Positions 51,102 to 64,000 of a DNA stretch of 64,000 bases are shown here, piece after piece (position 1 is the stretch's first letter; the number at the start of each line of letters is the position of its first letter). Location of the stretch: NCBI RefSeq assembly GCF_009914755.1, contig NC_060946.1. One strand, 5' to 3'. This DNA comes from the human T2T-CHM13v2.0 reference genome, Homo sapiens. A program made the translations under genes and the position numbers. A model generated the notes under the pieces. The model did not search any database. It was not told where the DNA came from and saw only the letters and a list, made by a program, of their open reading frames with translations.

Positions 51102-52729
51102 TAAGATAGATAACCAGCCCTGCTCACTTGCCCCTCTGTATGTTGTAGATCTCTGTGGGACTTTCTGTGGGGAAGTTCTGTGCAGGATCATACTCCATGT
51201 CACGTACACTCCACGGGAGCACAGTGTGGCTGCAGTGCTCAGAGGGTTACCTGACATTGCCCTATATCACACAGGCAGACAGGATTCAGGCGGGACTCTC
51301 AGAGGAGTCCCAAACACCTTTAGCACAATGGGGCATATATTTTTTTAATACAACCTGATTTGGCCTCCTGAATTCTTTGAAGTAAGTGGTATATAAATTA
51401 AAACCAAAACTAAATATTGCACAAACATGAAATGATTCCTGTGGCCCCTTTCAGGCTCAGAGCCTAGCACGCCACAGCCCTGTCCTTGTTTGGAGCATGG
51501 CATTCCTTGTCTGTGGATCATGGGGGGGTCTGAGGTGGCCCATGTTTGTGTGTCAGGTGGCAGTAGGCAAACATGCATGTCTGTATACTGTGCATTATGT
51601 GAAGTTTCATGTGCCCATGATCAGGGCATAAGTTGGGGGGGCCATTTTGGTTGGTTAATGCCAACCCCTGGGTGGGTAAGATGGGAGCGGTGGATGTTTG
51701 AAGGAGGGAAATGACCTCTGCCTAATGCCTAAGATGTTAAATCTGAACTTGATTTGCCATTAATGCAGTTGTTCAGGATGTGATGTCCCCAGTTCTCTCT
51801 CCATGAATGTGGGGGTCCTGGCCGTTCTCAGGCTGGTCAGGCAGATAAGAAATGGCCTGCAGAGCTAGAGGAGGTTTCCCAGGGAGAAAGAAGAACCCAG
51901 CGTTTCTCAGTAACAGCTGGAGGTGGGGGTGGGAAGACGCGCCCCTCACCTGTTTACCCTGGGATTAATCTTTAGCTCCCTGCAGATAGCACAGGGCTTG
52001 TCTCAGCACAGCAGGATCTGCTCCGGTGTTCACCACGTGCACACATCCTGGTTGCTGCCTGACCCTGGCCAATTTTGATGGCCAGGATCAGGAGGAGGTG
52101 GAAGGCTCCTGGAGCAGATCTGTTTGGGACCCTGATTTGCCCTCTAGCTTCCCTCAGTGCTGTCCAGGACAGTGTCCCTGCCCTGGCACCCTTAGGAGCA
52201 GACAGAGAAGCAGGGATGGGAGGATGGGGTCTGGTCCGCCTGCCCCACAGGGACCTCCTTAACCCTAGGCAGGATGGAGAAGGTGCGCTTTCAGGGTGTG
52301 GGTTCCACTAGAAGCTTTGGCCTTAATCATTTGGGCGAGCTATGCCCCCTCAGGAAGCAGCTTTCTCCTCTGACCAGGGAGAGAGTTGCTTGGATGTGCT
52401 CCAGGTCTCCGGGCTCCACCGTTCTATATAATGACATGTGATTGCTGAGGGCATTGACCAACTCGTGTTAATGCCAACCAAACCCGAGCCTTGAGTTGGA
52501 CCATAATTGAAACCTCACCAGAGTTTGAAATAGTGTGGAACGTCATTGTGGGGATTTTTGTGACATGTCAGAAAGGAGACTGGGCAAATGCTTAAGCCAC
52601 TGTGATTTCCCCCGGGGGCTGGCTTATTTGGTGTCAGGGTTTTTTTGTGTGTGTTTTGTTTTTATCATATTGAAATTCTGGAACTTAGAGTCACACTCAG
52701 GAGTGTAACCACCTCTGGACTATTGGTGA

Positions 52730-53200
<471 letters not shown>

Positions 53201-53389
53201 TAAAACACCAACCTCTGCTGTGATTCTGAACACTGAGATGAAAATAATTCCCCCCTTTCCCTGTAGTCAGCAGGGGGCTTCAAAAAGCCCCACATTGGGC
53301 TGAGCTCGGTGGCTCACACCTGTAATCCCAGCACTTTGGGAGGCCGAGGCAGGTGGATCACTTGAGGTCAGGAGTTTGAGACCAGCCTA

Positions 53390-53626
<237 letters not shown>

Positions 53627-54311
53627 CTAAGTCCTTGGAGCATAGTAGGTGCCTAGCCAGCATTGGCTCTTGGATGGGGAACTGTGGATTCCTAGTCCTC
53701 ACATCTGCAGCATCCTGCACAGGCAGGACAGACATCTGGACAAGAGAAGCTGCAAATGAGGGAGTTGGAGATCAGTCGAGGAAACTTGTCTTTAACCAGA
53801 GAAGGGTTTTATTTTTATAACACATAACAAGTGTTTCGGTGTTAGCCTCACCCCTAAACAGATAGAACTGCCCTTGTCAAGGCAGGGCTGGGGGATGAGG
53901 GGAGGGTGGCCCCGGAAGCCCGAGAACTGGGCAGTACCCCACCCCTGGGGCCCCTCATTTAGGAGGGGCATCCAGCGAGCTGATCTGACTGCATGACTCT
54001 GCTGCTGCTGCCTCTCTCTTCCACAAAGGCTGAGCATTTGGGTGGTTTCCAGTTTTGCATCACTACAAGTAACAGAACTCTAGGAATTTATGTGCAAATA
54101 CTTTTCTCCCCAACTCACTTCTTTCCAAGCAGGATTCCTGCAGCAGGAGGTGCTGGCTTTCACTTTCTGTGGTCTTGGCTGCCAGTGTCCCCAGCAGGAC
54201 AGGGGTGTGCCCTGTCCTGCCATGGGTGGGGAGCAGGGGGAGTTCTGGTGGGTGTGCAGCTTTAGTCTCTGTCAGCCTGCACTTGTCTCTCTTGTCCTCA
54301 TTCTTGACTAA

Positions 54312-54533
<222 letters not shown>

Positions 54534-55473
54534 TAGCCAGGATGGTCTCGATCTCCTGACCTTGTGATCCACCCACCTTGGCCTCCCAAAGTGCTGGGAT
54601 TACAAGCGTGAGCCACTGCCCCCGGCCAAATTTCAGTTGAATTTCTTCTAAACGTCAGGGTGTGACATTTACCTTTTCTTTTCATACAGTGCCCCTTTCT
54701 CAAGAGTAATATCCCCTCCCCATTCAACATTTATTTACATAGCAGGTTCCTTCTGGAGCCAGAATGCAACCCCTCCTCTGTTACCTCAGGTCTACCACCC
54801 TGCCCATGTACCTGGAGGTCTGGTCCATGTCCAGGAGGGGTACTGTTGGGTAGAAGGGGAATATCAGGCCTCCATCTCCCCTCAGAGAACATACTGGAGT
54901 CTCATGGTGGTCAGATCACCAGTGATAGCATTCATTGGTGGTTGTCAGTAGGGTTTTTACTGGTCATCCAGCTACCAGGCCTGGGCAGAACTTTGGGGCC
55001 ACCCCCTAAAGCAGCCCCCTCTGCTGGCTCTGGGTAAGACACTTGGCAAGCTCCATCTTCCCACTGGGGTCCCTAGAGGAACCCGAAGCACTAGGGCATC
55101 TGGCTTCTGGGCCAGGGCAGACAAAGTTGTGGCTGTGGACTCAGATGGCTCCTCGCCTTGTGTGTGCAGAGGCCCTCCCTGACCCTCCTATCTCAGGCTT
55201 TTATTGGCTCCAGTTAGGCAAACAGAAGCACCCCAGTGTAATATGCATATAATTGCTATGTCCTCAGCAGCCTATTAGGCTTATTAAAAATGATTGATTT
55301 TTCTTTCCTCAGCCAAGAATCATCCAACCCTTGGCTTTCCAGGGTGTGGTGAGGCTGGCAGTAAAAACTAACAGGTCTTTTGGAAAGCAGTATGTTTCAT
55401 GAGCTCCTAAAATGCTCATGCCCTTTGGCCTGATAATGATGCTCCTAGAACTGTAGCCTGAAGAAACAATCTA

Positions 55474-55810
<337 letters not shown>

Positions 55811-57706
55811 TTACTTACAATAAGGGAAAAGCTGACAGCGGGGGAAGTGTCTGAGCTAAGCACATTACAGCCCACCTCTTCCACAGGTTATTGTACAGCC
55901 ACTATAAAGAGTCATGATGAAGGTAATGCAAAGTGATGAAAGCCTGTGAGCAAGAAAAAGACGTGTTCAGGCTGTGGTCAGAACTCTTGGAAAAAAAAGG
56001 AAAAAAAAGTTTGCCTATGGATGAGGATAGTCATGGAGTGTGGATAAAAGGCAACAGGTGGTTTATTAAGATGGTAGGATCCTGGCTTGTTTTCTTAAAA
56101 TGATGAATGATGGAATTGATAGTGTTTTTCAGCATAATGCTGGGCAAATCCCCACCAGCATTGGATCACAGCATCCAGAACCATCCATCCCCTTTTCTGG
56201 CACCTTCTGCCGCCTGTATTAGAGACAGACATACACATGTGCATGCACACACATGGGTCAGCAGGGTGTCCTCATTCATTTTTGAGTCCCACAGTTCTAA
56301 GTACATAGTAGTGTCTGAATGCTTTTGATTAGGTTATCCTCATAATCCAAGGATGTGTCCCTTACAGCTTGGGTGACCAAAGATTTCTACCACCTGTGTA
56401 CATTCATTGGCAAGTCACCATCCTATCCTCTTGCTGCATCTTGCCTTTCCACTGCGATTATTTTTAGGGGTGTGTGTGCACCGCGCTGGGAATATGGCAA
56501 ACGTCCCCACTCCCCATCAGACGTCATGATTCCTGCACACACTGGGCTCTCACTAACCCCAGCTTCCTTTCCCCTGGTGGTTTTGAGAGCATAAATTTTA
56601 TTTCCAGCTGTGGGTTTGGGTCCTATGCAGAACACCTCCCTGGAGAATTGCAACTAAGATGTTTATGGCAATCGCCCTGCAAGTGTCTATTTAATTCCTG
56701 AAAATGTCATTTACTGGTGTGTTTCTGTAAAAATCATTTCTGAAAAGTTTTGTCAGCTTGGCTTAGCAGCTGGGGGAAAAAAGCAGCAAAATGAGTCCCC
56801 TCAATCAAGCCTGTGATTTTTTATTTTTTCAGACTCATGAATCCTCCTGAGAATTAGGCTTATGACAAGCACCCACCCCCTCCACCTACTCCCTGGTTTA
56901 AACCAGGTGCCTGCTGACACGAAGGAAGATTCCGGGGCATTTTGATCCTAGTCACACAGTGTTTCTAAGTGGGCATTACTCCTGTCAATCCACAGTCTTA
57001 AAGATGTTCCTCAGACAAAAGATAATTAGTGACAAGAAGGCCCACTAGATTCCATGTCATATCTTAGTTGGCGGGCCAGAGAAGGACAGGGTCTCTGGTT
57101 GGGGCCGTGTCTCCCATCGCATTCTCCCTTTGCAGGTGCTGAAGTGAGGAAGGCCCACAGCTCAGCCAAGCACATGGGGTGCCTCCCTCCTGGGCCACTA
57201 GCCCACTGGCCAGTAAGAGAACCAGGGAGCCTTTACTTAGAGACTCAAGGTTCAGAAGAGGGAAATGGGAAGTCACTGGGAAATGGCCCAGCTTGGAGGA
57301 GGTGACCCTGCTGCCGAATCTGACCCCTTATCCTATTACCTAAGTTCCTTTCTTGTTTACTGGCCCTGAAATCACCCGCTTTGGAGATTGCCTTGCAAGG
57401 CAGCATAGCAGAGTAGGAGAGTTAGGGTAGGGCAGGTACAGCCTGTGCTCAGCCCTCACAGGCCCTGCACAAGCCCACCAGGCCCCCGGCTCCCTTCTGG
57501 CATTCACCAGGAGAGGTTCTGCCCAGCCCAGCAGGTGGGTTCCAGGAGAAGGGATGGAGGTGGGAAGTGGTGGTTATGGAACTCCTACCACTTGGATCTT
57601 CACCTGCATGGTCATTCAGTCTTCATAGTCTTCTTTTGAGGACATTTCAGAAAAGGAAACTGAGGCTCAGGATGAGGATTTGATCCAGGGCTGCTAATTC
57701 TTCTGA

Positions 57707-58180
<474 letters not shown>

Positions 58181-59590
58181 TAAAACTGGCTTGGTCCGTT
58201 ACTTTTCAAGATATCTCTGTCCTCCTGTTTTTTCTGTTTTTGTATTTGGCTGAAGCCCTTTTGAAAAGATCTTTGACATGGCAGTTCTCACCCTATCACC
58301 TCCAAGTATCCAGTTTATTTTCCCCATTGACCCCATACACTTAACAGTTTTGACTGCCAAACAGAATGCACTTATTATATCTCTTCCTCATCCTTATTAA
58401 TCAGATAGCAAACTCTAATCAGAAGATCTTTTCAGTCTGAGATAACCAAGGTTTCTACACTAAGTCTATCTGACTTCTAGCAGCATAAAGAAACCTGATG
58501 TTTTGGCTGGGTTTGGTGGCTCATGCTTGTAATCCTAACACTTTGGGAATCCGAGGCTGGCAGATCACCTGAGGTCAGAAGTTTGAAACCAGCCTGGCCA
58601 GTGTGGCAAAACCCTGTCTCTACTAAAAATATAAAAATTAGCAGGGCAGGCTGGCACGTGCCTGTGATTCCAGCTACTCAGGAGGCTGGGGCACGAGAAT
58701 AGCTTGAACAAGGAGGCAGAGGTTGCAGTAAGCCAGGATCGCGCCACTGCACTCCAGCTTGGGTGACAGAGTGAGACTCTGTCAAAAAAAAAAAAAAAAA
58801 AAAAGGCCAGGTGCGGACGCTCATGCCTGTAATCCCAGCACTTTGGGAGACCGAGTCGGGTAGATCACCTGAAGTCAGGAGTTCCAGACCAGCCTGGCCA
58901 ACATGGAGAAATCCTGTCTCTACTGAAAATACAAAAAATTAGCCGGGCGCGGTGGTAGGCGCCTGTAATCCCAGCTACTAGGGAGGCTGAGGCAGGAGAA
59001 TTGCTTGAACCCGGGAGGTGGAAGAGCCGCGGTCGCATCATTGCACTCCAGCCTGGGCAACAAAAATGAAACTCCGTCTCCAAAATAAATAAATAATTAA
59101 ATAAATAAATAGAAAAGAAACCTGATGTTTTAGTTAGCCTATGTAACCCCATCACAGGTTGATGTACAGTTTCCATTAGGTTCTGGAGGAAATACTGAAA
59201 GCAGTGTGTGTACCTGCCCACTGCCTTCACACACCCCGGCCTGGGGTTTTAATTACTTCAAGCAGGCCAGCCTCAGGTGCCCACAGCCCTGAGAACCAGT
59301 CTGTGCCCAGTTTCTTTCTCTTCTCTCAGATTATGAACTCCCCAAAGGCACCATCCAGGTTTTTACCCCGCTTGTCAAATTCCCCTCTGGCCCAGGGCTG
59401 GCTGCTCAGCAGGAGTGTTTAATAAGCACTTAATTGCCCGGTGAGTACAGACCATTCCAGCTCACCTTAACTGTTTCCTGGCTGACTCGCCTCTCGGCCT
59501 GATTGCCCTGCTCATCTGGCTGAGTGAGCTGGAATGAGTGTAGTGGTAGTGCCACCTATAGGTTCCTCTTACCTTGGTCTTATTTCACAG

Positions 59591-59633
59591 GAGCACTTCC
59601 CGAACGAGTTTACCTCGGGAGATGGAAAGAAAG
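59591..59633 (+). CDS. UPB1: UPB1 coding exon 8 (EHFPNEFTSGDGKK)
   Basis: tttcacag acceptor, 43 nt, AAG|GTATGT donor. Confidence 0.96.
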
Positions 59634-60317
59634 GTATGTCCCATGAACCATGGTGGCTGCAGTTGAGGAGTGGGCCTTCCTCTCCCCTTCTCTGTCTGCT
59701 TCCTCCAGTCAGGATCTGCCACACAGATCACATCTGCATGCCTGGCACCTAGGAGGAGGCGCCAATTCCTCTCTGCTTTATTGCCTGCAGTGTGGGAATC
59801 GGGCTGTGGCTGGGGTGTGGATAGGCAGTCCTGAGCTTGAGGAGTGGGTTGGACTCCATCCATTCCCCGGGACTGGTGTGAAGATGAACCAAGAGGATGT
59901 GGGGGATCCTCTGTGAGCTCTCTGAAAGGGAGAGGTGCTCTCATCCAGCCCATAGATCTCCCTTTCCACTTTCCTTTGTCCTTGTCCCCCCTCCCCTTGC
60001 CCAAACCAGCTGTACTGATGCCACAGGGCATTGGCATGGATGGCCCTGGGTTTCTAGAGTCCATGGCTTGTTTTGATCCAAGGGCATATACCACCTCACC
60101 TCTGCTAAGAACCCTAAAGACTCCTTTCCCATGTCTCTGGCCAAGAATGAGGGAGGTAGGGACTGCCCCCCTCACCAAGGAGGTATCTGAACCTTGGTGA
60201 GGTAGCTTGGACACTTGGAGGTAGCTCAGAGTGTCCTCTAGAAAGCCAGGAGGAGGCCAGGCATGGTGTCTCATGCCTGTAATCCCAGTACTTTGGGAGG
60301 CTGAGGCGGGCGGATCA

Positions 60318-60677
<360 letters not shown>

Positions 60678-61159
60678 TTAACTTACTGCAAATAGAGATG
60701 CAGAAAGGGCAGGGGAATGAGCGTCCACTGGGTGCCTGCTGCATCTGGGCCATGCTAGGCCCTGCCCAGCCCCACCTGCTCCTTACACATGTGTGGGGTG
60801 GCTGCTAGTCCTCCCTGACTGGTGAAGGGACCAAGGCCTGGAGGGAGGATAAGGGTGACGCAGCTGGCAAGGCAGATGAAGGCAGAGCCTCCAGCTCACT
60901 GTGAGGGCCCCCATAGGAAGCCCCCAGAGTGTGACTTTCTGTTTTCCTTAGGCTGTGGGTAGAAGTGACACCTCTCAGAAGGGTGACATTTAGACATTTC
61001 CCCAGGGGCAAAGGGAAGCAGCATAAGGGGGCCATTTGCAGCAATTTGCTGGGCCTTCAGGCCTGAGATGAGAGACAGGCCTTTTGGGCCTCAGCATTTG
61101 GCAGACACTGGGGAGGATGGCATGGACTCCGTGTCCTGGGCCTGCCTCAAGGTGCCTGA

Positions 61160-61504
<345 letters not shown>

Positions 61505-62260
61505 TGAGCTGAGGGCTGAATCTCTGCCTCCTTGCTGGCTCCCGGGAGGAACAGTTGGGTCAAACAATGTACAAGCAGCAGGCTGCAATAAATTCTCCTC
61601 TCATCTGATTTAGATTCTGGGTGCCTTCAGACAAATTAATCTCAATTTCATTTGTCCAGAGAATAGAATGGATTGGCTCCTCTAATCCTTTTTCCTTTCC
61701 AGGCATTTGCACTTATCACAAGATAAATATGCATGTCTGGTTCTGCTTGTGGCCAGTCCCTGCAGTCTAGGCCTTGACGATAGCAGGAAATGGGTCATGC
61801 AGAGAAATGGAATCTAGGCCTGGCTCTGCCACAGCCTTCCTTCCTTGGTCACCTTAATTAAGCCCCTTGTGCTCCCAAGCCTTAGTACTCCCAGTTGTAA
61901 AATACGGGGCTTAACTCGAAGGTCCCATGCTGGCTTTGACACCTAATGCCCTGTGATGTCAGGAGTCAGAGGAATGGAGATGTCTGCCCTCCTGGGATGG
62001 GACTCCACCCTAGAAAGGCTCACAGCTTCAGAGTTTGCTGTATTAGTGTCCGAAAGTATTTCCACCAACTCAGCACCCCTTTTTCTTTTTTGGTGGAGTA
62101 GGGGGCATGGAGACAAGGTCTTGGCTCTGTCATCTAGGCTGGACCAATGGCACAGCCATAGATCATGGCAGCCTTGACCTCCTGGGCTCAAGCCATCCTC
62201 CCACCTCAGCCTCCCGAGTAACTGGGACTATAGGCGTGCACCACCACCACACCCAGCTAA

Positions 62261-62464
<204 letters not shown>

Positions 62465-63291
62465 TAAAAGACCACCAGGGCCTCTAATCCACCCAGACAT
62501 GGGCTTTTGGCCTTGATCCTGTTTTCTGAGCATGGGTTCCTCAGTCTCGGATCCTTGTCAGACAAACAAGGTATTGGGCATGAGAGAGTCTCCTGACCTC
62601 TCTCTCCTCTTCCTGGGCAACTAGGATGAATGTAGGATTCCACCCAAATCAGAAGGGAGCCAAGAATGCTGGCCAACTCTTTTTAATAAGTATCCCAGGA
62701 GCAGTAAACCAAATGTTTTCTCATTAGACACTTCTTAGAAGCAGAAGCCTTCCCAACTTTGGTAATGGGCCTGAGCTCCTGTCAAGGCTTTTGGGAGTAA
62801 TCCACCTTGGGAAAGGAGGGAGGGAGGGAGGGTGTGCTGGGTGTGAGCACTGTGGGTGGGCTTTCCAACTCCACCAGCCTCTGTATCCACGATGAGATGC
62901 CACATGGAGTAGACAGAACTCCAGGCCCATCCAGGAGCCCCTGGTTCAAATCCCAGCCTTTTCTACAACTGGCTAGTGACCTGGAGCAGGTCACTCCTCT
63001 CTGGGCTGTAGGATGCTCTTCTGGGGAGCAACAGGACCACGGGACTCCCCTTCTCCATCCTGCCTCAGCAGACCACACTTTCTGGATAGACAGGTCGAAG
63101 GGGTCACAGCAGCCAATGCTGGGCTGTATGAGTCATTGTAGCATCTGTGAACTTTGCCACAGTACTAGAATCAGTGCCAAGAGGTCACTGTCAACGAGCC
63201 TTCCTGATGCGTTCCTGCCCCATGACTGCCCTCCAGTGGCAAGAGGTGGTGGCGTGTAAGTGATGGGGATTTATAAAACCAGAACCTCTAA

Positions 63292-63399
<108 letters not shown>

Positions 63400-64000
63400 C
63401 CGGCTTCAGTGCCTGCCTTGGGGTGAGGAAGACACCTCTGCCCCAGTGGATTAGCAAGTGTGGCAGGCTTAACATGTCCAGGTTCTCCCCAATAACATTG
63501 TCCAGGTTGGTTTTAAAATTCCCAGGCAGGGGGAGAGTGGCATGGGGAGTGACTTCTTAATGGGTAAGGGGCTGCTTACTTCTGGGGTATTGGAAATGTT
63601 TGGGGACTAGGTAGAGGTGAATGTACTAAATGCCACTGAATTTGTATACTTCAGAATGTTTGTTATGTAAATTTTACCTCAACTAAAAAAAAAAATGCCC
63701 AGGTACTGCTTGTGCAGGTGGATTTGAGGTTAGGCAGATGATGCTGTCCATCCCGTACACCAGTGGGAAGAGGGTGAGGGCTGATCCAGAGACCCTGAGC
63801 CTACAGCAAGGCTGTGGTGGGTCGGATGGTCTTTGGATGTGTCAGCTTAGCTAGGCCACAGTCACCAGTAATTCAATCAGACACTAATCTAGGTATTTCT
63901 GTGAAGGTATTTTGTAGATGTGACAGAAGTCCATTCCCAATTGACTAAGTAAGTGAGATTATCTCAGATAATCTGGGTCAGCCTGACCTGATTAGTCAGA
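63400..64000 (+). other. UPB1: UPB1 3' UTR (probably continues beyond the window)
   Basis: Follows the stop codon; no canonical AATAAA seen in this interval. Confidence 0.75.
63813..64000 (+). mobile_element. MLT2-like ERVL LTR (runs off the window)
   Basis: tgtgtcagcttagctaggcca...tcagacactaatctaggt..tctgtgaaggtattttgtagatgtg. Confidence 0.7.

Noticed and set aside
63685-63695. A-run in the UPB1 3' UTR as a polyadenylation site
   Set aside because: It is a genomic A-run at the end of an old L1-like fragment with no upstream AATAAA; more likely an internal-priming site.

Overview
Human (primate) genomic DNA, very Alu-rich, matching the UPB1 locus (22q11.23). The right half holds the whole coding sequence of UPB1 (beta-ureidopropionase, nitrilase superfamily). 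It has 10 GT-AG exons on the + strand, ATG at 33021 and TAG ending at 63399, giving 1155 nt and 384 aa with the catalytic residues Glu119/Lys196/Cys233 intact. A CpG-island promoter at about 31.95-33.15 kb also has minus-strand splice donors, consistent with the divergent lncRNA ADORA2A-AS1. Two things are not explained by that annotation. (1) The unique sequence at about 9-29 kb contains a run of minus-strand exon-like segments with mostly canonical splice sites, short 69-177 nt introns and reading phases that join across junctions. This looks like a decayed multi-exon protein-coding gene (unitary pseudogene) lying head-to-head with UPB1 under the lncRNA; I could not identify the protein family. 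(2) A ~625-bp, ~99% identical inverted duplication of a two-Alu cassette (14379-15006 / 15603-16226) appears from its target-site duplications to have been copied from left to right, and its loop holds one of the fossil exons. All translations and repeat-family calls were made by eye and need computational confirmation.
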